Shown in pieces: positions 10,474 through 20,115 of a stretch of 38,064 nucleotides of DNA. The number at the start of each line of letters is the position of its first letter. The first letter of the stretch is position 1. The notes below the pieces were generated by a model. That model was not told the origin of the DNA and made no database searches. It saw only the letters and a list, made by a program, of their open reading frames with translations. This DNA is from a virus (taxonomy: Duplodnaviria; Caudoviricetes), in the IMG/VR virus record IMGVR_UViG_3300012952_000043, positions 1-38,064 of that record; one strand, written 5' to 3'. Position numbers and translations under genes: made by a program.

Positions 10474-10729
10474 TAAAGAAGTTTATCTAGAGCATATTTT
10501 TACTTTAATGTATTATATGGGCTTTACATACGCTGAAGCATATAATATTCCAGTTTGGCAGAGAATATGGTTTCTGAAACGTCTTAATAAAGAGATTAAG
10601 AGATCTAATGAGGCTAATAAAGGCAACGGTGCAGCCACCCGTGCCGCCCACCATAATACCCCTGAGTCTCGTGAGTTAATGGGGCGTTATAGAAACCAAG
10701 TGCCTGCTAACTTAAGGCGTTTTACGTAG
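10457..10729 (+). CDS. Chaperone partner ORF (gp51-like / lambda 'T'-type segment), probably made as a frameshift extension of 9604-10473
   Basis: Open in the +1 frame from 10412, with only a TTG start lacking an obvious SD. The segment IFTLMYYMGFTYAEAYNIPVWQRIWF resembles short tail-chaperone extension domains. It begins right after the T7 run at 10450-10456. Confidence 0.65.
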   Translation, partial: GLTPNDKEVYLEHIFTLMYYMGFTYAEAYNIPVWQRIWFLKRLNKEIKRSNEANKGNGAATRAAHHNTPESRELMGRYRNQVPANLRRFT

Positions 10730-10757
10730 AACGCCATAATTAATTTAGGAGGCGAAA

Positions 10758-11030
10758 ATGAATAAAACACTATCCAATGAACGTGCAGCTTATAAGGCTT
10801 TTCATACTGCAGTAGCTTCATATATTCTCGGCGAAAAATCTAATATAAAGATCCAAGGTAGTCCGGAACGAATTCGCGCTACTAAAAAAGTTATCGGTGC
10901 TTCCAGGGCCCTCTATGAGGAGCTGAATAACCCAGGCGCATCCCTAAGGTCAGTTACAAAACTATTAGAAGAAAAACGACAGGCATCCAATAGTTTTCAA
11001 CAGGTTACAGGCATTCGCTGGTTGCTATAA
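10758..11030 (+). CDS. Hypothetical protein, 90 aa
   Basis: ATG with strong AGGAGG SD; fills the gap before the tape-measure gene; no recognised motif. Confidence 0.75.
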   Translation: MNKTLSNERAAYKAFHTAVASYILGEKSNIKIQGSPERIRATKKVIGASRALYEELNNPGASLRSVTKLLEEKRQASNSFQQVTGIRWLL

Positions 11031-11095
11031 TTGTATTGGAATTTAGGCTAACAGCCTATTTATTCCTATCAAATGCAAGAGGAGCCAATCAGTAA

Positions 11096-14000
11096 ATGGC
11101 TGATAATAATAAAGAGGCTGCTGGCCAATTAGACATACAGACGCAGATTAATAAGGTTCTGCAGCAGAGAACTGGGATCCTGAAGAATCAGGCAAAGTTT
11201 TTGTCTGCTCAGACCCAGACTGCTATGGAGATGTGTAAGGCCCTAGACTGCGAAGGTCTAGATGGCATGAAGGATCGTCTTGCTGAAATTCAAGATGGAT
11301 TAGCCGAAGCAGCAGAGGAAGCGAAAAACCTTGAAGGTAGTGCTTCATCAGCCGGCTCCACTATTAGTAGGATAGCGAAGAAGGGCACCAAAGAAGGTGG
11401 CCTTATGTCAAAGGTTTTCTCCCCCATGGGAGGCATGTTTGCCGGCCTTGGTGTAGGTATGGTATCTGCATTTAAGGGTGCCACAAACATGATAGGTGGC
11501 TTCCTATCTTCTGGTAAAAGAGTTATCGGGATTATCGGTTCAATCGGTAAGTCTCTAATTACCCTACCATTTAGTCTATTAAATAATCTAACAAGCTTTG
11601 CTGCCGGTGCCGGCGGAGGTGTGTCCGCTTTACGGCAAGCAATGGAAGATCTTAAGGAGACGTTCGGTAGTCTTGCCTCGAATGAAGGCAAGGCTGTAAT
11701 GACCGGATTTAAGAACATGCGAAAACAATCCCAGAGCCTTGGTGGCTCTGGTATTCGGATGTCAAGAATATTCGGTCCTGGACAAGACGGATTAGGCGCA
11801 GCCTTAAAATCTGTTGGTGAACAATTAACAGATCTCGGTCCTATGATGACCAAGTTCTCAGGTGAAGTCCAAAATAATGCAGGTGTATTTGAAGTATATC
11901 GCCGTGGTCTTGGATTAACAGGTGATAACTTTAAGTCTTTAGGTACACTAGCTTCAACTACTGGACAAAGTTTAGAGTCTACGTTAGATCAGGTTGGTAG
12001 TCAAGCTATCAATATGGGCAAGCAGTTTGGAATATCATCTAAACTAATTGCAGGCGACATGGCCTCGATGCTTGGTGATGTTGCCAATTATGGTACCTTA
12101 AGTATTAAGCAGGTATCATCATTAGCTGTATATACTCGTAAGCTAGGGATTGAAGCTAAGGAACTTAACGGCGTCATTGATTCGTGGGACAACTTTGAAG
12201 ATGCTGCAGCTGGTGCATCAAAGCTTTCTCAAGCCTTTGGTATGAACATCGATGCGATGCAGATGATGAATGAGCAAGATCCAGGTAAACGAATGGATAT
12301 GCTCAGAGAATCATTCCAAGCTACCGGTAAGTCAGTAGAGGATCTTAGTCGTCAAGAGCTTAAGTTATTAGCTGCACAGATGGGACTGTCTGAGGAGGCT
12401 GCAAAGAAAGCATTATCTTCTGACATGGATTATGACGATATCCTCGCCGGCTCAGAGGAAGCAGAAGCAAAGACAATTTCACAAGCAGAGGCCATGAAAG
12501 AATTGGCTGATGCAATGAAGCAGACCTTCGGCGGCGGTGGTTCGGGCCCTAAGACTTTCATGGAAGCACTTGTGCAGGGATTTGAACGAGGCATCATGCG
12601 CGGAAAGGGAATGCGTAAGATGTTCCGCAATATCCGGGGTGCCTTAAAAGAGACATATAGATTCGGCCGCGATCTTGGCAAGATGTTTATTGAGATGTTC
12701 CCCGGGATCCAAGACATGGTCAAGGGTTTAACTGATCTATTCGATCCTCGTCGTTTTGCTAGACTGAGAAGGGATCTGTTAGGCGCTTTCCGAAATTTAT
12801 TTAGAGATATACGAACAGATCCACAGGCCGGCGTAGAAACATTTACAGAAAAAATTAAAGAGATATTTGGTAACTTCTTTAGCGGTGCTGGTGGTGCAGG
12901 CGAACAGTTCATGAAAGGCCTCAAGACCTTCGGGAAGACAGTCGCACTATTATTCCTTAGTCTATTACCAGTAATGATGAGGGGGCTTGCAAACCTTATT
13001 GGCAAGCTAGCAGATTTCATTAGGGATCCAAGCGCATTTACTGATGCAGCAGCCGGTCTTGGTGATGGCCTATCCCAGGCATTAGGTGCTGCATGGCAAA
13101 ATGTTGTTGATACTTGGCCGATTCTTCGTGATGCATTTTATGATTTGTGGGATGCGATTGCTCCGGAGCTTGGTAATCTATGGAAAGTTATCTGGCCGTA
13201 CATTTTAGGCGCTGTTATCTTTAAGACAGTTTTAGCAGTTGCAGCAAATATGACTCTGGGTGCTGTTTGGGGTGTGTTGCTTAAAGGGTTCAAGAGCCTG
13301 TTCGGTGGTGCAATGTCTGCAGGTGCTGCACAGGGTACCGAGGAAGGCCAAAAGAAGATGCAACGCGGTGGCGGGTTTATTGATACAATTAAAACCGTCA
13401 TCGAGAAAGCCGCGAACCTCAACGCGACGCAAATTGCCAAGGCTGCTTTTAATATGGGGCTATTAATAGCCTTCCTTGCCGGCTCAGTAATTCTATTTGC
13501 TTATGCACTCCGGGAAGCTGTAGGTGTAGTTTCAGAAGTTGATAATACTAAATTAGCTATTATGGCAGGTGTCTTAGTCGGCACTATGTTAGCGATGCCA
13601 GGAATCGCTGCCGCTGCAGAGGGAATGAAGTCGATATCATGGACACAGATGGCATCCGCCCTAGGGAAAACAGCATTAGTTATGCTCGCCATGGCCGGGG
13701 TGACGTGGGTGCTTGGAAAAGTGATTAACTGCATGGAAGATGTTAGTATCGGAAAAATTCAAAACTTTTTCTTGGTAATGGGTGCCGCTATGCTTGGCGC
13801 TTTGGTGGCAATAGGACTATCAATTCCTGTTGGCATGCTTGCTAACAAATTTGGGAAAGAAATTACTACAGGTTTATTAGTGTTGGGGGCGGTAATGATC
13901 GGCCTCGGTGGAGTTGGCTGGATTATTGGAAAGATGCTGGGGACAATTCCTAACCCTGAGAAAGTTGCCGCGCTGATGGATGCAATATCAACGCTAGTCC

Positions 14001-16261
14001 GGACAACTGCAATGATGATTCCAATCGCCGGTGGCCTCGGCCTAATGCTTATGGCATTTCCTTTTGGAACTGCTGGTGTGGGTATTATTATAGCTGGGTT
14101 TGGATTATTATCAACGCTGGTTGGAACACTAACCGCTGGTGTTATGCCAACAATCAGGGAAATTGCTGCAATGCAGATATCTAATCCTGAACGAGTTAAG
14201 ACTGTCGTACAGATGATCGTTGACGTTATTAATGCAATTGCAAACTTCACAGGCCAATTTGCAAGGGTTCTTGAATCTTTGAAGCCACCTCCTGAGGCTG
14301 GTGCAGATCAAATGGCAAAAAATATTGCCGCAGCGAAAGATCTTCTTGACGCATTATTAGAGAATGGTATAAACAGGGTCATCGAAATGATGATAAACTT
14401 AGTTACTGGCCAAGCCGGCGGTAACTTAACCGGCCTGGGTATCCAGGCGGCATCTGCAATCGCAGGTGTGTTAAATGCTGTAGCAGCTATTATGGGTGCA
14501 TTCTCTCCGTCTGTAATCGGCGACATCGCAAATAGTCAGGAAGGCATTGATAATGATGAAGTCGACTCAGTTCTTCAGGAGATGACAAACTTCACCAATG
14601 CCGTCGGCCCTCAGATAAGGGCAACATTAGACACGATCGCGGAACACTTCTTAGATCCGGAGTTGTTAGGCTTAATGAATGGTATGAATTCGAATTCTAT
14701 TCAATTTATTAAGGCAATGACCCCACTCTTTTCTGCCTTGGGTGATATATCAAAGGCAATGCAACCTGATCCAGCAGTATTATCAGCTATGGCCGGTGGC
14801 TCTGAAGGCCATGATAATGATGAATGGGCAAACACCATCAGGGCAATGGGCAGCTTTGCTAGTACAATGGGAAGATCACTTAGTAGTGTAATGGCATCGA
14901 TGACGCCGGTAATGAAGGGGGTCATTGAAGCTGTTGGTAAAATGATTAATAGCATTCCTCCAGGGAATGAAGAAAAAATTAAGGCTGTTGCAGGATTAAT
15001 TGGGCCAATATTCACTGCATTAGGCAGCATGATGTCAGGTGTGTTCCCGATTATCAATAGTGTACTAAAAGGTTCCCAGACTCGCAAGGGTAAGATTGAT
15101 ATTGGCAGACTTAATGCTGCTGCTAAAAGTATGAAGACTATATTCGGTGCTGTTGGTAATTTGATGACTCAAATGGGTCCACCAATGTCTAAGATGATTA
15201 GAGAAGTAATCACCATCGCAAACGGCATTGAAGATCCGGAGGCCTTAGCTCCGAAGATTGATATTATCTCTTCGTCGATTGATGCCATTAAGAACTTAAT
15301 GGACATGTTCAATCCAGAAACTAGTAATGTCTTTAGTTCATTTATGAGCAGTGCAGATGAGGTCCAGTACAATATCGGTGGCGAACAAGTTAGTATGTTG
15401 AGCGCAGCATTATTCAATATGGAACGTTTCACATCTCGTGTCTTAGGATCAGACGGCCCCCTACAAGATCTAATATCTGCATTAGGGAATATTGCAATAG
15501 ACGATACTCAGGCTGCTAATATTAAGAAGATCACCCCAGGCTTAGAAGCCCTAGAAAAGATCTTCAATTTTGTCAAGATATTCCGCGAGCTAGACACTAC
15601 TGGTACCGGTGATCTAGAGGGCATCGCCAATAATATGAACTCGACTTTTGCTGCACTATCTGGTGTTGCATGGGCAGGCCAGACCCCAAGCCTTGAATCA
15701 TTACTTACCATGGTAGGTTCCGGTGATTGGGATTACAGTAATAGAAGGCTTAAGTCTAGAGCGGAAGGTATAGTTGAGTTCGGCAACTTTATAACTGAAT
15801 TTAACAGAATGATGCCAGAGTTTGATCGGGCCGTTGTTAATGCACAAAATAGTAGCGCACTTAATTCATCTGATCCCACTATGCATAATGCAATGATAGG
15901 GCTGCAGAATGTATTTGAGACCGTAGCCAATGGAATTCAACCTGAAATACAACAGAGATTTATTGCGGCGTCGACTGCAGTACGCGCAATGCTGGAAAAT
16001 TATGCTGAGCTTAACAACTTATTAGCCACCATTGGACCTCTAGACATTGAGGCTAACCTTACCAGGTTTGGTCAGTCTATGGCGGTATCTACAGATACAA
16101 TTAATATTGAGAATAAGCCAATCAATATTACGGTCAATTTCAATGTTACAATGGATGCAAACCAGATAGCGCTAGCATTGAGTGATGCATCCCGGCCTGG
16201 TGGAAGTAATACAGTACAGCTTTCTAGACAGGGTGGATCCCCGGTCGGCGGTGACGGATAA
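11096..16261 (+). CDS. Tape measure protein, 1721 aa
   Basis: Long helical A/G/M/L-rich protein with a coiled-coil N-terminus and a central hydrophobic region. Canonical position downstream of tube and chaperone. Confidence 0.88.
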   Translation: MADNNKEAAGQLDIQTQINKVLQQRTGILKNQAKFLSAQTQTAMEMCKALDCEGLDGMKDRLAEIQDGLAEAAEEAKNLEGSASSAGSTISRIAKKGTKEGGLMSKVFSPMGGMFAGLGVGMVSAFKGATNMIGGFLSSGKRVIGIIGSIGKSLITLPFSLLNNLTSFAAGAGGGVSALRQAMEDLKETFGSLASNEGKAVMTGFKNMRKQSQSLGGSGIRMSRIFGPGQDGLGAALKSVGEQLTDLGPMMTKFSGEVQNNAGVFEVYRRGLGLTGDNFKSLGTLASTTGQSLESTLDQVGSQAINMGKQFGISSKLIAGDMASMLGDVANYGTLSIKQVSSLAVYTRKLGIEAKELNGVIDSWDNFEDAAAGASKLSQAFGMNIDAMQMMNEQDPGKRMDMLRESFQATGKSVEDLSRQELKLLAAQMGLSEEAAKKALSSDMDYDDILAGSEEAEAKTISQAEAMKELADAMKQTFGGGGSGPKTFMEALVQGFERGIMRGKGMRKMFRNIRGALKETYRFGRDLGKMFIEMFPGIQDMVKGLTDLFDPRRFARLRRDLLGAFRNLFRDIRTDPQAGVETFTEKIKEIFGNFFSGAGGAGEQFMKGLKTFGKTVALLFLSLLPVMMRGLANLIGKLADFIRDPSAFTDAAAGLGDGLSQALGAAWQNVVDTWPILRDAFYDLWDAIAPELGNLWKVIWPYILGAVIFKTVLAVAANMTLGAVWGVLLKGFKSLFGGAMSAGAAQGTEEGQKKMQRGGGFIDTIKTVIEKAANLNATQIAKAAFNMGLLIAFLAGSVILFAYALREAVGVVSEVDNTKLAIMAGVLVGTMLAMPGIAAAAEGMKSISWTQMASALGKTALVMLAMAGVTWVLGKVINCMEDVSIGKIQNFFLVMGAAMLGALVAIGLSIPVGMLANKFGKEITTGLLVLGAVMIGLGGVGWIIGKMLGTIPNPEKVAALMDAISTLVRTTAMMIPIAGGLGLMLMAFPFGTAGVGIIIAGFGLLSTLVGTLTAGVMPTIREIAAMQISNPERVKTVVQMIVDVINAIANFTGQFARVLESLKPPPEAGADQMAKNIAAAKDLLDALLENGINRVIEMMINLVTGQAGGNLTGLGIQAASAIAGVLNAVAAIMGAFSPSVIGDIANSQEGIDNDEVDSVLQEMTNFTNAVGPQIRATLDTIAEHFLDPELLGLMNGMNSNSIQFIKAMTPLFSALGDISKAMQPDPAVLSAMAGGSEGHDNDEWANTIRAMGSFASTMGRSLSSVMASMTPVMKGVIEAVGKMINSIPPGNEEKIKAVAGLIGPIFTALGSMMSGVFPIINSVLKGSQTRKGKIDIGRLNAAAKSMKTIFGAVGNLMTQMGPPMSKMIREVITIANGIEDPEALAPKIDIISSSIDAIKNLMDMFNPETSNVFSSFMSSADEVQYNIGGEQVSMLSAALFNMERFTSRVLGSDGPLQDLISALGNIAIDDTQAANIKKITPGLEALEKIFNFVKIFRELDTTGTGDLEGIANNMNSTFAALSGVAWAGQTPSLESLLTMVGSGDWDYSNRRLKSRAEGIVEFGNFITEFNRMMPEFDRAVVNAQNSSALNSSDPTMHNAMIGLQNVFETVANGIQPEIQQRFIAASTAVRAMLENYAELNNLLATIGPLDIEANLTRFGQSMAVSTDTINIENKPINITVNFNVTMDANQIALALSDASRPGGSNTVQLSRQGGSPVGGDG

Positions 16262-16273
16262 TAGGAGACAGTA

Positions 16274-16579
16274 ATGTCAGATAAAAAGAAGAAGCCAGAA
16301 AAGTCAGGTGTTGAAAAACACAAAGAAAACATTCTTAAGATGATCGGTGGTATGAAAGCCGTTGATACATACATAGAGGGATTTTCCCAAAGTGGTGAAC
16401 ACCAACTAACAGAACAACAGAAACAGTATATGAGACACTATGCTGAGGACTTTGCTGAGAAGTGGTCGGAGACCATATATAAAATGGAACAGGCTTTAAA
16501 GAATCCTGATGTAGTTAACAGCCTTGAAAGAAAAGTTAAGGCAATGAATAACAGAGAAAAGAATAAGGCTAAAGAATAA
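16274..16579 (+). CDS. Hypothetical protein, 101 aa
   Basis: ATG with AGGAG SD; charged helical sequence; tightly packed between tail genes. Confidence 0.75.
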   Translation: MSDKKKKPEKSGVEKHKENILKMIGGMKAVDTYIEGFSQSGEHQLTEQQKQYMRHYAEDFAEKWSETIYKMEQALKNPDVVNSLERKVKAMNNREKNKAKE

Positions 16580-16584
16580 TAAAA

Positions 16585-19500
16585 ATGGCAGGCCCTAAGA
16601 AACCACTAGATACTGATAAGTTTGGACCGACATATCGTCCGGAGGGATCCGGCGATTACGGTGAGCGTGGAGGTATGCTAGTCGAGGGTGATGACTTGCC
16701 TGAAGAGGGTGATGGCGCATCTTTAGAAAAATTAGGGGACTATTTAAGCTCTGTAGCTCGCGTCAATAAATACTATCCTAATCAAGGTACTACGGAGGCA
16801 GTTAGTCACCGTGATGTCTCAGGCCCTCCACCTGTCATTGATGGGTATAAAAAAGCTGGATCAATTAACAATACCGGTACTGACCAAACGTTCTTAGATG
16901 ATGTTCTAGAACAAGGTGCCGTTAAAGAAAAAGACTTTACCAATACTGGCGTCGGCGAGTATAAGAGTCCCAACGTCGCGAAGGGTGAAGTTAATCCTTT
17001 TATGATGAAGGATGGCGAGGAGCCGGTTTATAAGAAGGGTGTACAAGATTCTCGTGGTACTGGCCATACGCTATTGGCATCGGTACCTAATCATGGAACG
17101 ACAGGTAAACACCCAGACGTAAAAATCGGTAAGATTATAGGCCCTGGCCCGCATGTAATCCAACAGAGAACTTCAGCGATACTACAGAATAACCGGTTCC
17201 ATCCTTCTGAAGGATCACCATACATTACCGACGGTGCATTTTCGTCCGCTGCTGCTGGAACGATGGGCTCAAACCAGTCGACATTTGGTGTATACGATCC
17301 TGAGGCTCCTTTCTTTAACGTTTCAAGCTTAGCTGAGATAGGTCGAAAAATAATGGTTGCCGGTGTCGGCCATGGTGCAGACGGATCAGAATCTCTTTCT
17401 GCTTTATTACCAAGCTTACAACAGATGGGTATACCATATGTCACGATTGACGTCTCTGAGCTCAATGCTGCAAAGGTAGGCGGGTACTCGAGGTCAAGCG
17501 GTGGGTATATATTAGCTGATGGTAGTGAAGGTGCGGTCGGGTGGTCTGATAATGAAGTTACTTCAAAAAATACATTTGGCCATCTAAATTCATATTTTGA
17601 GACTTTTGGTGGTGTGCTTCCTATGGGAATGATAACCGCAGCCCTCGGCGGCCTACTGGCAATGTTAATTCAGGCTGCAGTTTTTTATGGCATAGTTTCC
17701 TTATTAATGATTGGTGCAGATGCAGCACCACAGAGGCGTAACCCAGCAGCACCATGGACAATGCCAAAAGGAAAGCGTCAGCACCCTAAGGGGTATAATG
17801 CATTGGTCGGCCCAATTTTAGGGTGGCTTGGTGTACCAGAAATTGAGTCAAAATCTAGCCTTTTTGAATGTATGCTTCGGGGTGTTGGATCGTTTTTTGG
17901 GGTCCCTAACTTAGACGGGATTCCTGGGCTCGGTGATCTGGCAGATATGTTCAATTCATTGATGGATCAGGGCGGATTTGTTGCTGGGCTTATGAGATCA
18001 GCAACTAGGGATCTTGAGGATGTTGCGAATATCGCAGCGCAAATCAGGGGTAATGCAGTTTCTATTGCTGCTGGTATCATTGGGGTTATTAAGGCTCTGG
18101 GCTCTGCGGCATCAATTCGATTTTTAATGGTTTGTGCAAAGCTTGGTGATGCAATGTATTTAGCAGACACGTATACATTTGCACCCTATAATGCCGATCC
18201 TGATGTTTTACCTGAAGCTGGTTCAACACGATTAGCAAAGAGTCGTGTTGCCAAGCAAACAACAAGGTCAGTATTACGTCATGGTGCCTTACCGTCTAGA
18301 TATTTACTTCCTGTCTCTTTAGTTAATGCATCTTTACAGTATGAACTAAGGTCCGGACAGGGGCATGAGGCGCTAGCACCAATCGAAGGCAAAATAGCAC
18401 CTCAAGATAAACTAAAGAATGGTAGAATTGATCCGGACTATGTCAAAGAAATAGAAAATATTTTAGACTGTGAATATGTCCCATTTTATTTTCAAGACCT
18501 AAGAACAAACGAAATAGTCGCATTTCATGCATTTCTAAATAGTATTTCAGATGATTATTCCCCAGAGTGGTCATCAATGGGCGGTTATGGTCGTATGGAT
18601 CCTGTCCAGATCTATAATAGAACTACTAGAGCGATATCAATTTCTTTTATGGTCGCTGCAACTAACCCCACTGATTTTGATGAGATGTGGTATAGTATCA
18701 ATAAGCTAACCACGCTTGTGTATCCACAGTGGACTGCCGGTACTGCGATGAAAGACTCTGATGATAAATCATTTATTATGCCTTTCTCACAAATTCCTGC
18801 TGCATCCCCTATTATTCGGATGAGAATTGGCGATTTGATCAAAAATAATTATAGTCGTTTCAATTTAGCACGAATTTTTGGTGTAGGGCATAATGATACT
18901 GCTGGAAGTGTATATCACCAAGGTGGGTCTGACAAGCTAGCGGATGCTGAAGCACTTCGGGGTGACTGGACCGCGAAACAACAAGAAATATTTGATTATT
19001 TTACGAAGCTACAAACGCCACCTACTGGCCTCGAAGACTCTGAGAATGGGTGGGCTGATGGAACAACCGCGATCATGCGCCCGAACTCCGGAGAAACTTC
19101 TGCTCCTAAGAAGTTTGGGCTGGAACTATTTCCGGACTTATTTCAATCCTTATATGTTGAAACACATACGAATACTGTCGTTGAGATTATTGGAAAGGAG
19201 TATCCTGGTGCATTAATCATTCCTTTCGTTGCACCGGCGCCTCCATGGTCACCTTGCTATAAGGTAAAGTTTCCTGCTGATAGCCCAATGGCTGAGTATT
19301 ATGATGGCGAATTCTATGTTCAGCATGGGATGTTAGATGCAGACCCTGTACAATATTATAAAGATCTTGCAATCGAAGGTCTTTCCCCAGAAATCGTAGA
19401 AATGACAGATACTAATAATAAGGGATTTATGAATCCTGAGAAAAATGCTGTTGTTCGGGCATTCGAATCGACTAGAGGTAGGGGCCTGGCTGGTGTAATA

Positions 19501-19815
19501 ACATCTTTGAGTTATGATTATGCAGATGCCCCATGGGAAACTAGATCATTAGGTTCGAGGGCTCCTATGTGGGTCAAGGTTAGTGTATCATTTACCCCAA
19601 TTCATGACCTTCCACCTGGCCTGGATCACGATGGATTCAATAGGGCTCCAATTTATAACGTCGGTAAGATTATGAACGGCTTAAGCGGTCCGGATATGCA
19701 TGATTCTGACATATATTCTCCTGATGATGACCTTACCAAGCTCCGCGCCGAAGATCAAAAGGCACTATCACTAACAGTCGTACCAAGAGATCCAGACGCT
19801 AACGGAGGAGAATAA
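16585..19815 (+). CDS. Baseplate tube-initiator-like protein (tube-fold domain) with long N-terminal extension, 1076 aa
   Basis: The C-terminal part has FHAFLNSISDDYSPEW..GYGRMDPVQIYNRTTRAISISF and later GVITSLSYDY..PWE..VSVSFTPIH, resembling tube-fold proteins found after tape-measure genes. It precedes a LysM/gpX-like gene. Confidence 0.6.
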   Translation: MAGPKKPLDTDKFGPTYRPEGSGDYGERGGMLVEGDDLPEEGDGASLEKLGDYLSSVARVNKYYPNQGTTEAVSHRDVSGPPPVIDGYKKAGSINNTGTDQTFLDDVLEQGAVKEKDFTNTGVGEYKSPNVAKGEVNPFMMKDGEEPVYKKGVQDSRGTGHTLLASVPNHGTTGKHPDVKIGKIIGPGPHVIQQRTSAILQNNRFHPSEGSPYITDGAFSSAAAGTMGSNQSTFGVYDPEAPFFNVSSLAEIGRKIMVAGVGHGADGSESLSALLPSLQQMGIPYVTIDVSELNAAKVGGYSRSSGGYILADGSEGAVGWSDNEVTSKNTFGHLNSYFETFGGVLPMGMITAALGGLLAMLIQAAVFYGIVSLLMIGADAAPQRRNPAAPWTMPKGKRQHPKGYNALVGPILGWLGVPEIESKSSLFECMLRGVGSFFGVPNLDGIPGLGDLADMFNSLMDQGGFVAGLMRSATRDLEDVANIAAQIRGNAVSIAAGIIGVIKALGSAASIRFLMVCAKLGDAMYLADTYTFAPYNADPDVLPEAGSTRLAKSRVAKQTTRSVLRHGALPSRYLLPVSLVNASLQYELRSGQGHEALAPIEGKIAPQDKLKNGRIDPDYVKEIENILDCEYVPFYFQDLRTNEIVAFHAFLNSISDDYSPEWSSMGGYGRMDPVQIYNRTTRAISISFMVAATNPTDFDEMWYSINKLTTLVYPQWTAGTAMKDSDDKSFIMPFSQIPAASPIIRMRIGDLIKNNYSRFNLARIFGVGHNDTAGSVYHQGGSDKLADAEALRGDWTAKQQEIFDYFTKLQTPPTGLEDSENGWADGTTAIMRPNSGETSAPKKFGLELFPDLFQSLYVETHTNTVVEIIGKEYPGALIIPFVAPAPPWSPCYKVKFPADSPMAEYYDGEFYVQHGMLDADPVQYYKDLAIEGLSPEIVEMTDTNNKGFMNPEKNAVVRAFESTRGRGLAGVITSLSYDYADAPWETRSLGSRAPMWVKVSVSFTPIHDLPPGLDHDGFNRAPIYNVGKIMNGLSGPDMHDSDIYSPDDDLTKLRAEDQKALSLTVVPRDPDANGGE

Positions 19816-20111
19816 TGGCAATAGGTAGATATAATAGGACCAGGTTAATTTTTGGGAATAAACAATTTGCTACCCCTGAAGGTGTTGTTTCAATCCGCAG
19901 AGGTATCCGCGCCGGCAGTATTTCGACTATTACATATGTTACTAGCGACGCTGAGAGATTAGACGTAATCGCTGGTAGGAAATATGGCAACGGTCGGTTG
20001 TGGTGGGTGATTGCTGCAGCTAGCGGAATCGGATGGGCTTTACAAGTTCCTCCTGGCACTAGATTATTAATACCAACGAACTTAAATGATATCGCTAAGA
20101 TTGTAGGTTAA
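19815..20111 (+). CDS. LysM-like baseplate protein (P2 gpX / T4 gp53-like), 98 aa
   Basis: YVTSDAERLDVIAGRKYGNGRLWWVIAAASGI...VPPGTRLLIP is the typical LysM/gpX pattern. Start overlaps the upstream stop (TAATG). Confidence 0.85.
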   Translation: MAIGRYNRTRLIFGNKQFATPEGVVSIRRGIRAGSISTITYVTSDAERLDVIAGRKYGNGRLWWVIAAASGIGWALQVPPGTRLLIPTNLNDIAKIVG

Positions 20112-20115
20112 ATTT

